A DNA stretch of 64,000 nt from Candidatus Kerfeldbacteria bacterium (GTDB taxonomy: Bacteria > Patescibacteriota > Patescibacteriia > UBA9570 > XYC2-FULL-38-9): assembly GCA_016182555.1 (NCBI GenBank), contig JACPGJ010000008.1, positions 28,272 through 92,271 of the forward strand. Reading direction: 5' to 3'. The position numbers and the translations under genes are program-made. Below are positions 17,942-28,098 of this stretch, one piece after another; position 1 is the first letter of the stretch; each line of letters starts with the position of its first letter. The notes under the pieces are model-generated. The model saw only the letters and a list, made by a program, of their open reading frames with translations. It ran no database searches and was not told where the DNA came from.

Positions 17942-19399
17942 ATGGGGGCATCAGGGCGCATCGCAAAAAATACGACCTATCTCACCATTGCGTCCATTTT
18001 GCAAAAGGTCATCTCTTTTGTTTATTATGGCTATTTAGCGTCTGGAATTGGTACCGCGAACTTAGGGAAATATGATACGGCGTTGCGCTTCTCTTCGATT
18101 TTTATTATTTTCATGGATTTTGGTCTTGGCGCACTATTTACTCGCGAAGTGGCAAAAGACGAAGATCGGTTACAACAACACTTTAATCGATTTTTTAGTA
18201 TCAAAATTGTACTGATTGCTGTGACGTTGGCCGTATATATTGTGGCCACGCAGCTCTCGCATATCGTGTTTCATAATGTCGACAGTACAGATGTGTATTT
18301 ATATTATCTTGCTGGTTGTATTATCGTGTTGGATACCTTAACCTTTACTCTGTTTACCATTTTTCGTTCATTGAAACAGATGCAATGGGAAGCGTTCGGC
18401 ATTCTCATCTATCAAAGTGTGATCTATGTTGCTGGGATTCTATTTTTACATTTTCACCTACCGATTGTGTATGTGTTATTACCATTATTGTTTGGCTCAT
18501 TCATACAGTTAGTATACATGTGGGTGTTGGTAAAATGGAAAACGGGACTGACATTTCACTTTCAATGGCAATGGAAAGATGTTAAAACAGTTATTTTCCT
18601 CGCCGCGCCATTTGCGATCGCTGGTATTTTTTTCCGGTTAAGTGGCACGGCAGATGGATTGATGCTGAAAATTATGATTAGCGATTCGCATGCGGGTTGG
18701 TTCGCCCTGCCCTATAAGTTGGCGTTTGCATTAACCGTACTGCCGGGTGCATTTGCGAGTAGCTACTTTCCTGTCGTGAGTCATTATTATAAGCATGCGA
18801 AGGATCAGCTACACCTTGCTGTAGAATCGGGTATCTTTTATATGTTTTTATTGAGCATGCCCATTGTCGGTGGTGTTCTGGTATTGGCAGATGAAATTAT
18901 TTTGCGTGGATGGGGAACAGTTTTTGCTGGTTCGATTACAACCTTGCGTATATTTATGATCGCCCTACCGTTTATTTTTTTGAACTATCCGATTGGAAAT
19001 TTTTTAAATGCGGTGAATCGTCAAAAGTTAAATACCGTCAACATGTGTATTTCACTGGTAGTGAATATTATCTTGAACTTTATCCTTATTCCGTATTATA
19101 CATTTAATGGTGCGGCAATTGCCGCAGTCATTTCGAATGTGTTGTTAGTTTTGCTCGGCTTGCCATGGGTGTACCGTATTTCTGGTTTCTCTATCCTTCG
19201 TGTATTTAAAAAATTTGCCGCAACCTTTTTTGCAGCTGGCGTCATGACGGTCGTGCTCTATTTCGTGCAATATACGTATAACATTTTGCTTCTTATTATT
19301 ATTGGTGGGGTATTGTATGCAACCGTATTGTTACTGACGAATGGATTGACAAAAGAAGAATTATATCAATTGAAAAAAGCGATTCTCAAACGCGGTTAG
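17942..19399 (+). CDS. Polysaccharide flippase (Wzx/MOP family)
   Basis: IAKNTTYL start, DFGL..LFTREVA, 12-14 TM segments, NIILNFILIP..GAAIA. Confidence 0.9.
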   Translation: MGASGRIAKNTTYLTIASILQKVISFVYYGYLASGIGTANLGKYDTALRFSSIFIIFMDFGLGALFTREVAKDEDRLQQHFNRFFSIKIVLIAVTLAVYIVATQLSHIVFHNVDSTDVYLYYLAGCIIVLDTLTFTLFTIFRSLKQMQWEAFGILIYQSVIYVAGILFLHFHLPIVYVLLPLLFGSFIQLVYMWVLVKWKTGLTFHFQWQWKDVKTVIFLAAPFAIAGIFFRLSGTADGLMLKIMISDSHAGWFALPYKLAFALTVLPGAFASSYFPVVSHYYKHAKDQLHLAVESGIFYMFLLSMPIVGGVLVLADEIILRGWGTVFAGSITTLRIFMIALPFIFLNYPIGNFLNAVNRQKLNTVNMCISLVVNIILNFILIPYYTFNGAAIAAVISNVLLVLLGLPWVYRISGFSILRVFKKFAATFFAAGVMTVVLYFVQYTYNILLLIIIGGVLYATVLLLTNGLTKEELYQLKKAILKRG

Positions 19400-19408
19400 T
19401 ATAAGCGT

Positions 19409-20557
19409 ATGAAAAAAACACTTCTCATGACACTGGATTATCCGCCGATGGTTGGTGGAGTAGCGAATTATTATAGACATTTGGTTGAACAGTTGCCACA
19501 AGAATCCATCGTCGTGCTCGATAATGCTCACGGCGAATTACTCTCGTCATCGCGCTGGGTATGGCCGAAATGGTTGAAGGCAGTATCATCGACTTATCGA
19601 TTGATAAAAAAAGAAAAAATAGAGCATCTATTGGTTGGGCAGATTTTACCATTAGGAACGGTTGCGCTTATGTTGCATTTGTGGCTGCGTATTCCCTATA
19701 CGGTGATGACGCACGCCATGGATGTCACGTTGCCATTTGGGCCAGAAGGTTCGCGTCGTAAACAATGGTTAATCAAGAACATTTTGCACAAAGCCGCTGC
19801 TGTTACAACGGTGAGTTCATTTACAAAAAATAAACTGCGTGAATTGGGTGTACAGTCACATAAAATTTTTTTAGTCTACCCTTGCCCGCATATTACCCCT
19901 GAATTATTATCTGCTAAACACCCTCCGCAAGACTACTCGCGCGAACTGCGTTTTGCTACGCAAAGCCGATGTTCGCTTGAGTATCTTGCTGCGGGTATTG
20001 CGCAAGGTAAAAAAATTATTTTAAGTGTGGGAAGGCTGGTTGAACGAAAAGGATTTGACATGGTGATACGTGCATTGCCTGAATTGCGAAAAATATTTCC
20101 GAATATTTTATACATTATTGTAGGCGATGGAACTGATCGTCAACGTTTAGAACAAATTGCCCGTGAGCAGCGCGTTGATGACATTGTTCACTTTACCGAA
20201 GTAATTTCTGACGAAGCAATCGCGCAATGGTTTGCCGCGTGTACATTTTTTGTCATGCCTTCTCGGAAGCTTAGCAATAATGATGTTGAAGGTTTTGGCA
20301 TTGTCTATTTGGAAGCGAACAGTTTTGGGAAACCAGTCATTGCCGGCAATAGTGGCGGCGTGCATGATGCCGTGATTGATGGTCAAACTGGTTTGCTTGT
20401 TGAGCCAGAAAATGTAACCATGCTTACCCAAGCGATGAATCGGTTTTTGGATGACTCAGCGTTTGCACAGCGTTTAGGCCAGCAAGGTCAAGCTCGCGTT
20501 CATGAACAGTTTCGTTGGTCACTACAGGCACAAACAGTACAACGAATGCTTGAATAG
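19409..20557 (+). CDS. Glycosyltransferase family 4 (PimB-like), with an in-frame palindromic insertion
   Basis: DYPPMVGGV, SVGRLVERKG, EGFGIVYLEA, PVIAGNSGG. Confidence 0.92.
   Translation: MKKTLLMTLDYPPMVGGVANYYRHLVEQLPQESIVVLDNAHGELLSSSRWVWPKWLKAVSSTYRLIKKEKIEHLLVGQILPLGTVALMLHLWLRIPYTVMTHAMDVTLPFGPEGSRRKQWLIKNILHKAAAVTTVSSFTKNKLRELGVQSHKIFLVYPCPHITPELLSAKHPPQDYSRELRFATQSRCSLEYLAAGIAQGKKIILSVGRLVERKGFDMVIRALPELRKIFPNILYIIVGDGTDRQRLEQIAREQRVDDIVHFTEVISDEAIAQWFAACTFFVMPSRKLSNNDVEGFGIVYLEANSFGKPVIAGNSGGVHDAVIDGQTGLLVEPENVTMLTQAMNRFLDDSAFAQRLGQQGQARVHEQFRWSLQAQTVQRMLE
19920..19996 (+). repeat. Nested palindromic element, copy B (in-frame in GT4)
   Basis: GCAAGA-C-TACTC/GAGTA-TCTTGC, GCGAAC/GTTCGC, TTTGC/GCAAA; shares the AA-GCCG-(A)T-GYTC core with A and C. 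Confidence 0.85.
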
Positions 20558-20573
20558 CCGCTTAACTTTGGCA

Positions 20574-20602
20574 TTGACCGCGACGTTCAAAAACGATAGA
20601 AT
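20574..20602 (+). promoter_or_regulatory. sigma70 promoter TTGACC-17-TAGAAT, 9 nt before ATG 20612
   Basis: Near-consensus boxes with 17-nt spacer. Confidence 0.65.
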
Positions 20603-20611
20603 TTTGTTTAT

Positions 20612-21778
20612 ATGGCATCCAACGATTGTTCTGGTCTTATACTATTGAACATGTCTCCGCGTTCAGACTGGGAGAGGGGAGTCGTGAATCGGAACTATCA
20701 TATTGCGCAGGGCTTACTCAATAGCGGGAAATTTAGTCACATTATTTCGGTGGATTTTTTACCATTTTCCTTTAAAAAAAAATTACGTGTACTGCTGAAA
20801 GAAAAACCATGGAAACGGAATGCGCACACCGTTTATTGGCGTCCATATATTCGTATTGATCGAGATGCGAAACAGAAGCAGTTATATCATGTCACGGCGA
20901 CTAGTTTGAAACACTTGCCAGCTATCCTTCGCCGGTTATCATTCCCACAACAACTGACTATTTGGTCATATAATCCGTTTACTGCGCCGCTTTTTCAAAA
21001 ATTTCCTGAGGCAAAAATTATTTTTGACGCCGTTGATAATTGGGCCGATCATCCCGTATATGCATCTCAGGCCGAACAACTGCGAGAACAGTATACAATC
21101 ATTCAAAAACGTGCTGATGTTATTTTTACCGTTTCTGAAGGATTAGTGGATTTTTTTGGAAAACAAAAAAATGTTTTTTATATTCCGAATGGCGTAGATG
21201 TAGCACATTTTGGCCATGCGCAGTGCCATATGCCTATTCCGATCAGTATTGATCAAACCGCAGGGGAGCGTCTCATCGGGTATCATGGGGTCATTCAGTC
21301 ACGCGTGAACTTTGCCATTATTGAATACTTGGCACAACAACATCCAGAATGGCACCAAGTGCTTATCGGTCCAGTGTGGAAAGACGTTGTCAAAGAGCTG
21401 CAACGGATAGTGAACACGTACCCCCATGTCCATGCCCTCGGCAGTGTTTCATATAATCAATTGCCAAGTGCGATTGCGTGTTTTGATGTGGCCATGATTC
21501 CACATAAAATTGACGCCTTCACTCATTCTATGAATCCGTTGAAAATGTATGAATACCTTGCGTGCGGTAAACCGATTGTTGCTACACCTATAGCGGGCAG
21601 CGATCAATTTCAGGATTTGATTACGACGGCCATCTCTCCAGAAGATTTTTCACAAGCGATTACACGCGCGCTTCAAGAACATACCCCAGAACTTCGTCAA
21701 CGGCGTATCTCTATGGCACAAGGTCATTCGTGGCAACACCGTATACAGAAGATGTTCGAAATTATGGACCGCAGTTAG
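20612..21778 (+). CDS. Glycosyltransferase, GT-B fold (TuaH-like)
   Basis: IFDAVDNW, PNGVD, GYHGVI, NPLKMYEYLACGKPIV. Confidence 0.88.
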   Translation: MASNDCSGLILLNMSPRSDWERGVVNRNYHIAQGLLNSGKFSHIISVDFLPFSFKKKLRVLLKEKPWKRNAHTVYWRPYIRIDRDAKQKQLYHVTATSLKHLPAILRRLSFPQQLTIWSYNPFTAPLFQKFPEAKIIFDAVDNWADHPVYASQAEQLREQYTIIQKRADVIFTVSEGLVDFFGKQKNVFYIPNGVDVAHFGHAQCHMPIPISIDQTAGERLIGYHGVIQSRVNFAIIEYLAQQHPEWHQVLIGPVWKDVVKELQRIVNTYPHVHALGSVSYNQLPSAIACFDVAMIPHKIDAFTHSMNPLKMYEYLACGKPIVATPIAGSDQFQDLITTAISPEDFSQAITRALQEHTPELRQRRISMAQGHSWQHRIQKMFEIMDRS

Positions 21779-21801
21779 CGGTGCCACGCGAATCTCATCA
21801 C

Positions 21802-21830
21802 TTGATTCCTTCTCTATTAAACGCTAGAGT
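21802..21830 (+). promoter_or_regulatory. sigma70-like promoter TTGATT-17-TAGAGT, 9 nt before ATG 21840
   Basis: Boxes and spacing read directly. Confidence 0.5.
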
Positions 21831-21839
21831 ATACCCTAT

Positions 21840-22730
21840 ATGGATATCTCCGTTATGATAGTAACATTCAATTCAGCCAATCATATTCGTGATTGTTTGC
21901 GTACTATTAAAGCACAAACACAGGGCATTACGTATGAAGTCATGGTGACCGATAATGCGTCAACAGACGGTACTCCAGAGATCATAAAAAAGGAATTTCC
22001 GTGGGTACGGCTCATTGAAAATACGGTCAACCGTGGATTTGGTGTAGCAAATAATCAGGCCGCAGAAATGGCGACTGGCGAGGTATTGTTTATTCTCAAC
22101 GATGACACCGTCCTAAAAGAAAATTCGTTGAAACTGTTCCATGATACACTCATGAGCGATAAATCTATTGGCGTACTTGGTTGCCATTTGATTTTTCCTG
22201 ATGGTCGTCATCAAGATTCAGTACGGCGGTATCCACGCATTTCCGACCAAGCAATCATTCTGAGCAAGCTGCATAATTTTTTCCCGAATTTGGGATCAAT
22301 CCGTCGGTATTTAGCACAGGATATTGATTACGCGAAAGAGCAGGAAGTGGACCAGGTTATGGGTGCCTGTATGGTGATGCGGCGCGAAGTGTTTGAACGC
22401 GCGCACGGTTTTGATGAACGTTTTTTTGTGTGGTTTGAAGAGGTGGATTTGCAAAAGCGTATTCACGAAGAGCAGGGTTTGCGTATTGTGTATTCGCCGC
22501 TTACAGAGATTATTCATCTAAAGGGAGCGACGTTTGGAAAAGTCATGACCCTCACGAATCAACGTCGACTCAACCGTAGTATGCGCCAATATTTTTATAA
22601 ACACCACGGGATCATGGCGGCGGCTGTGTTAACAATGCTACAACCGTTCAGCCTATTGCTGGCGTGGCTCGTTCACGTGTATACTCAATCTGGAAGAGAT
22701 ATAAAAAAATTGAAACATGGACAAAATTAG
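21840..22730 (+). CDS. Glycosyltransferase family 2 (WbbL/rhamnosyltransferase-like)
   Basis: ISVMIVTFN, DNASTDGT, NRGFGVANN, LNDD, GACM, FDERFFVWFEEVD. Confidence 0.9.
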   Translation: MDISVMIVTFNSANHIRDCLRTIKAQTQGITYEVMVTDNASTDGTPEIIKKEFPWVRLIENTVNRGFGVANNQAAEMATGEVLFILNDDTVLKENSLKLFHDTLMSDKSIGVLGCHLIFPDGRHQDSVRRYPRISDQAIILSKLHNFFPNLGSIRRYLAQDIDYAKEQEVDQVMGACMVMRREVFERAHGFDERFFVWFEEVDLQKRIHEEQGLRIVYSPLTEIIHLKGATFGKVMTLTNQRRLNRSMRQYFYKHHGIMAAAVLTMLQPFSLLLAWLVHVYTQSGRDIKKLKHGQN

Positions 22731-24249
22731 TGCATCTATCCAAGATATTCGTCAGAGCCTTCGATTTGGGTGGGTCGCTCTTGCCATTGTTGTTATCGAA
22801 GTACTCTCATTTGCCGGTTTTGCATTTCCAGCGTTCCAGCACATCGTATTTTTTTGTTTCCTCTTTGCTGCATTGTTGATCACCCTCAAGAACCTCCACT
22901 ACGGCATAATTATTCTTCTGATGGAATTATGTGTGGGCTCAAAAGGATATTTATTTGCCGTGCCTGTCGGGGGAATGACTATCTCTATTCGTTTAGGGTT
23001 ATTTATTATTATTTTTTTCTGTTACCTCATTTGGATCATCCGCGAACGTTCTATGACTTTTTTTCATTGGCCATTGCGTTATCCATACATGCTGTTGTTC
23101 GCGATGATTCTGATCTCTCCATTGGTTGGTCGATTTCATGGAAACACACTGAGCAATATATTTTTTGATGCCAATGGATATCTGTATTTTCTATTGATTG
23201 GCCCGATGACACAAGCGATCAAAAATCGAAAACAGTTGAATCAATTACTTGCAGCGGTGACTGTCGCAGCTTTGCTCATCGCATTAGAAACACTTGTTCT
23301 ACTTTTTCTTTTCTCGCATATTAAAAATTTTCCACAAAGTTGGTATGTCATTTATCGGTGGATACGCGAAACTGGCGTAGGAGAGGTGACTATTTTCGGT
23401 AGCGGTTTTCCACGTATTTTTTTTCAAAGCCATCTTTATCAAACGATGCTCTTTTTCTTTTTTGGTTTTTTGCTTGCACATATACCAACCATTCGCTCTC
23501 GCGCCGCTCAGTTTCCATTCATCATCACCACCTCGTCACTCATGATTATTTTTTTAAGTTACTCACGCAGTTTTTGGTTAGCGACGTTTGTTGGGTTGGG
23601 GATGGCATTTTTCTGGTTATTCTGGAAAGAAAAAGTTAGTTGGCGGCGTCTCGGTATCACTCTTGGTATCTTGTTGATGATGTTTGTTATGGATTTTGGT
23701 ATAGCCTATGGCATTATTAATATTCCACTGAGCGGTTCTTCAGGGGTGAACGCTTCTTCGCTATTGACTCAGCGTACGAAAGATATTAGTACCGAACCCG
23801 CCGCAGCGAGCAGGTGGCAGCTATTAAAACCACTCGCGCAAAAAGCCATGGAGCACCCTCTGCTGGGTTCTGGTTTGGGTTCTACGCTCACCTATCATAC
23901 AGCTGACCCTCGGGTGTTAGAGCAACACCCAAATGGTGAATATACCACATACGCTTTTGAATGGGGGTATGGAGATCTTGCATTTAAATTTGGATTCATT
24001 GGTTTGTTGGTATTCGGGTATTTCTTTTTCAGTATTATTCATTCTGGTTGGCAAGCCGCCCAGCCGCATAACCAATATGCCCCAATGATTAGGGGATTCA
24101 TTTTGTCGCTGGTGGTGTTGCTGGGTATCCATTTCTTTACTCCCTATGTGAATCATCCACTTGGTATTGGTTGGATACTGATTATTTCCATTGCCTTTCC
24201 ATTGCTTGGCACAAATACTCACTCATCAATAGAAAAAAAACAATCATGA
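22717..24249 (+). CDS. O-antigen ligase/Wzy_C-family membrane protein
   Basis: About 12 TM; SYSRSFWLA, SRWQL....AMEHPLLGSGLG, KFGFIGL. Confidence 0.82.
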   Translation: MDKISASIQDIRQSLRFGWVALAIVVIEVLSFAGFAFPAFQHIVFFCFLFAALLITLKNLHYGIIILLMELCVGSKGYLFAVPVGGMTISIRLGLFIIIFFCYLIWIIRERSMTFFHWPLRYPYMLLFAMILISPLVGRFHGNTLSNIFFDANGYLYFLLIGPMTQAIKNRKQLNQLLAAVTVAALLIALETLVLLFLFSHIKNFPQSWYVIYRWIRETGVGEVTIFGSGFPRIFFQSHLYQTMLFFFFGFLLAHIPTIRSRAAQFPFIITTSSLMIIFLSYSRSFWLATFVGLGMAFFWLFWKEKVSWRRLGITLGILLMMFVMDFGIAYGIINIPLSGSSGVNASSLLTQRTKDISTEPAAASRWQLLKPLAQKAMEHPLLGSGLGSTLTYHTADPRVLEQHPNGEYTTYAFEWGYGDLAFKFGFIGLLVFGYFFFSIIHSGWQAAQPHNQYAPMIRGFILSLVVLLGIHFFTPYVNHPLGIGWILIISIAFPLLGTNTHSSIEKKQS

Positions 24250-25265
24250 TTCAACCGGCTTATTCTATCGTGATTGCAACGTATCATGGTGCTGAATTTA
24301 TGCCTGGTCTTTTTCATTCTATTCATGCACAGACCGTCCAGCCAGCAGAGGTTGTGGTGATCGACAATTCCACAACAGATGCGGGTGCATGTGCGGCAGC
24401 GATTCGTCAGTATTATCCAGAAGCAAAACTATTTGTACAACATGAAAATAGAGATTTTTGCGCTGGCTACAATTTGGGCATGCAAAAAGCACAAAGTGAA
24501 TATATCTTCATCTTGAATCAAGACATGGTTCTGGAGCCGCGTGCTGCAGAGGAATTATTGAGCACCCTCATGACGAATGAACGTATTGGGGCTGTGGCAC
24601 CAATCGTGCGCAGGCTCACTCCAGATAAAGAGAAAACATCTATTATTGATACGGTGGGAATTCAAGGAACACGTGCTCGCCGGTTTACCAATAGAGGTGA
24701 AGGAGAAGAAGATCGTGGTCAATATGTCAGCGCCACGGAACCATTTGGTATATCTGGTGCAGCAATGTTGTTTCGTAAAGCTGCTCTTACTGATGTCGCT
24801 CAACATGGTGGCGGAAAACCAGAAGAATATTTTGATGAAGACTTTGTGGCATATAAAGATGATGTGGATATGAGTTATCGTTTGCGTCATCGTGGATGGA
24901 GGATCTGTATTGTTCCAAGCGCAATGATCTACCACCAACGCACTGCACAGGAAACGAAAATCAACCAAACACGGGGAATATTCACCAATCGCAATCATAA
25001 ATCCTTTCGTATTCGTAGCTATTCACTCCGAAATCATTGGTCGGTATTGATCAAAAATGAGCCCCTGAGTAATATAGGTGTTCACGCCCCCTGGATTTTT
25101 TGGTACGAATTGCGTAAAATACTCTTTGTGCTCTTCTTTGAATGGGATACACTCAAAACGATCCCTTCTTTTATTAAATATTTTCCGCGCATGCTTGCTA
25201 AACGTCGTGCGATCCTTTCTTCTTCAACAATCAGCGCGAAACAATTACGATCTTGGTTTGCTTAA
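24246..25265 (+). CDS. Glycosyltransferase family 2
   Basis: SIVIATY, VIDNS, GYNLG, LNQD, SGAAML, FDEDFVAYKDDVD. Confidence 0.9.
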   Translation: MIQPAYSIVIATYHGAEFMPGLFHSIHAQTVQPAEVVVIDNSTTDAGACAAAIRQYYPEAKLFVQHENRDFCAGYNLGMQKAQSEYIFILNQDMVLEPRAAEELLSTLMTNERIGAVAPIVRRLTPDKEKTSIIDTVGIQGTRARRFTNRGEGEEDRGQYVSATEPFGISGAAMLFRKAALTDVAQHGGGKPEEYFDEDFVAYKDDVDMSYRLRHRGWRICIVPSAMIYHQRTAQETKINQTRGIFTNRNHKSFRIRSYSLRNHWSVLIKNEPLSNIGVHAPWIFWYELRKILFVLFFEWDTLKTIPSFIKYFPRMLAKRRAILSSSTISAKQLRSWFA

Positions 25266-25269
25266 TGAT

Positions 25270-26055
25270 ATGAAATTATCATTTGTTATTTTGGGATACA
25301 AAGACTTGCATTATGTTCGTTTGTGTATCAAAAATATTTTGAAATTGAATCTATCCGTGAAATACGAAATTATTTATGTCGATAATGCTGGGCATGTTGG
25401 TATTCCGGAAATGGTGCGTTTGCTTTACCCTAAAGTTCGCATTGTTCAAAATGAAAAAAATCTTGGCCATCCAGCCGGCAATAACGCTGGTTTACGTGTG
25501 GCGCAGGGCGAATATATTCTCATGATTAACCCCGATATTGTGCTTCGTTCTGCCGAAGATATTCAACGCGTTTTGACCTATATGGATGAACACAAAGATA
25601 TCGCCATTCTTGGTCCACGTTTGAATAACACAGATGGCACCGTACAAAATTCCTGTTACCGAAAATATTCTAAACTCACACCGATTTTCCGCCGAACATT
25701 TTTAGGAAAATTACCATGGGGTAAAAAAGATATTGCTCGGCATTTGATGCTTGATTTCGATCATGATAAAACTCAAAACGTGGAATGGATACTGGGTGCC
25801 TGTCTCTTTTTACGAAAATCAATCATTGACCAAATTGGTTTGATGAATCCAAAATTCTTTATGTATTTTGGTGATTATGAATGGTGTGATCGCGCATGGG
25901 CAAGTGGATACCGTGTTGTGTACTTCCATGATGTGCATGGTATATTCCATTATCATAAACGTGAATCGGCATCAAGCCGTTTTTCTATTCCACAATTATT
26001 TTCGTATGCAACCCGTGTGCATTTAAAAGATTGGCTAACCTATTTACATATTTAA
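25270..26055 (+). CDS. Glycosyltransferase family 2
   Basis: VDNA, NLGHPAGNNAG, INPD, WILGAC, FFMYFGDYEWC. Confidence 0.9.
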   Translation: MKLSFVILGYKDLHYVRLCIKNILKLNLSVKYEIIYVDNAGHVGIPEMVRLLYPKVRIVQNEKNLGHPAGNNAGLRVAQGEYILMINPDIVLRSAEDIQRVLTYMDEHKDIAILGPRLNNTDGTVQNSCYRKYSKLTPIFRRTFLGKLPWGKKDIARHLMLDFDHDKTQNVEWILGACLFLRKSIIDQIGLMNPKFFMYFGDYEWCDRAWASGYRVVYFHDVHGIFHYHKRESASSRFSIPQLFSYATRVHLKDWLTYLHI

Positions 26056-26058
26056 TCT

Positions 26059-28074
26059 ATGCATAACTTCGCACACCCATCCCATAGCACAAAAACAGCC
26101 AAAAAAGGCGGGAGTATACGAGAACGTTGGCGACGTCTTTCGCGTTTCAAAAAAACGATTATCACAACGATACTCGTACTCACCATCATTATTATTTTGC
26201 TGGGGGTGTGGGCACTGGTGAATATACGAGTAATGAAACGTGCGTATGCTGAAGGGTTAGCGGCAAAGCACAGTTTTGAATATGCACAGGTAGAGGTGGG
26301 AAATCAAAATTTTCCGCAAGCAATAAAAAATTTACAAGAAGCGAGCACACATTTTGATAATGCATATAGCCAATTGCGTCGGTTTGCGATTTATAAATAT
26401 ATTCCGGGTGTGCGCCCACAAATTCAAGCCGTGGAAAATATTTTGCTTGCCGGAAAAAGTTTGTCACAAGGTTTAGAGTCACTGGCCAATGTTGGCGCAG
26501 CAATAACCAGTGTCACGAATGTAAAAGATGCATCGTTTGCCGAAATTTCTGCAGAACAAAAGCGTGAATTGTTGAAAACATTAAACGAATCTACAGCCGA
26601 TTTACAAGGGGTAAAAGCCGAAATTGAGTTAGCCACAGTATTGATTGAAGAAATTCCCGACCATGGATTATTGAAACCAATTCGCTCTGCAGTAGAACCA
26701 GTGAAGCAGCAATTACCATTGCTCGAAACGTTGATTCATCAAGCTATTCCAACGGCAGAATCTTTACCATCCATTCTTGGGTACCCGAATGAAAAAACAT
26801 ATCTATTCCTTTTACAGAACAATCGTGAAATGCGACCAACGGGTGGGTTTATTGGTACGTATGGTATTCTCAAAATGGATGCCGGAGAGATTGCCGCATT
26901 TTCAACGGATAACGTATATAATTTAGATAATGCGTCTGAAGGCCGTGTCACAGAACCGTCACCGGGACCGATTGCGCAACATACGAGTACTCAAAATTGG
27001 CTCTTCCGCAATATTAACTGGTCACCAGATTTTCCAACGACGGCACGAAAGGCTGAAGATAAATATTATGAAGAAGGCGGAGCAGAGCAGAATATTGACG
27101 GAGTTATTGCCGTAACACCAACGTTTATCGAATCATTATTGGAATTAACCGGACCAATCACTGTTGATGGCATCGAATTCACCAGCGATAATTTTTTTGA
27201 AACATTAGAATATCAAGTGGAGCTGAATTATGACAACAATGGGTTAACCGAAGCACAACGCAAAGAGGTGATTGGCCACCTTTCAGAAGCATTATTGGAT
27301 AAATTATTAGGTTTGCCACGTTCACAATTTGCTACTATTTGGGAAACGTTTGTGAAAGATGTGAATTCTAAACAAATTCTTATCTATCTCGATGATTCCA
27401 CAACGCAAAATTTAGTTACAGAACAAAATTGGGCAGGAGAGATGAAATCTGCTGGAGAAGGGTCAGATTTTGTTATGGTTGTTGATGCAAATTTAGCGGC
27501 ACTGAAAACAGATGAAAAAATGGAACGTTCATTATCTTATGCAGTCACAAAAGAGGGAGATGACTATGTCGGAACACTTGATATGCATTATCAAAATAAT
27601 ACCGAGCATATTAACGAATTTTATACACGTTACCGCACCTATACTCGTATCTACCTTCCTGCTGGAACAGAACTGCTTGAACAATCTGGATTCATGACCA
27701 ACGATAAACTCCATAACGGCAAGCCAACGGATCCAGATGTGTATGAGGAATCCTATACTCAAATAAATGGAGAGCAATCTAGCTACACGGTGGTTGGTGG
27801 ATTTATCTCTATTGAACCACAGGAAACTGGTACATTGCATCTGAAATATCGCCTTCCGTCGATCGTTGCAGAGAAAATTAAGCAGGGCGAATATACACTC
27901 TATGTCCAAAAAGAAGCAGGAACGATTGCCCATGGACTTACGGTTTCCGTGGATGTCGGGAAAAAAATAACGAATGTTACACCATTTGACTTTACAAAAG
28001 AAATAGGGGATACTAGACTGTCACTGAGTACAGATCTCTCTATAGACAGGAAATTCAGTGTAGAGCTCAAATAA
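26059..28074 (+). CDS. DUF4012 domain membrane-anchored protein
   Basis: N-terminal TM; YLFLLQNNREMRPTGGFIG, NINWSPDFPT, DGVIAV. Confidence 0.85.
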   Translation: MHNFAHPSHSTKTAKKGGSIRERWRRLSRFKKTIITTILVLTIIIILLGVWALVNIRVMKRAYAEGLAAKHSFEYAQVEVGNQNFPQAIKNLQEASTHFDNAYSQLRRFAIYKYIPGVRPQIQAVENILLAGKSLSQGLESLANVGAAITSVTNVKDASFAEISAEQKRELLKTLNESTADLQGVKAEIELATVLIEEIPDHGLLKPIRSAVEPVKQQLPLLETLIHQAIPTAESLPSILGYPNEKTYLFLLQNNREMRPTGGFIGTYGILKMDAGEIAAFSTDNVYNLDNASEGRVTEPSPGPIAQHTSTQNWLFRNINWSPDFPTTARKAEDKYYEEGGAEQNIDGVIAVTPTFIESLLELTGPITVDGIEFTSDNFFETLEYQVELNYDNNGLTEAQRKEVIGHLSEALLDKLLGLPRSQFATIWETFVKDVNSKQILIYLDDSTTQNLVTEQNWAGEMKSAGEGSDFVMVVDANLAALKTDEKMERSLSYAVTKEGDDYVGTLDMHYQNNTEHINEFYTRYRTYTRIYLPAGTELLEQSGFMTNDKLHNGKPTDPDVYEESYTQINGEQSSYTVVGGFISIEPQETGTLHLKYRLPSIVAEKIKQGEYTLYVQKEAGTIAHGLTVSVDVGKKITNVTPFDFTKEIGDTRLSLSTDLSIDRKFSVELK

Positions 28075-28098
28075 TTCCAATAACACTAGCAACCCTAT

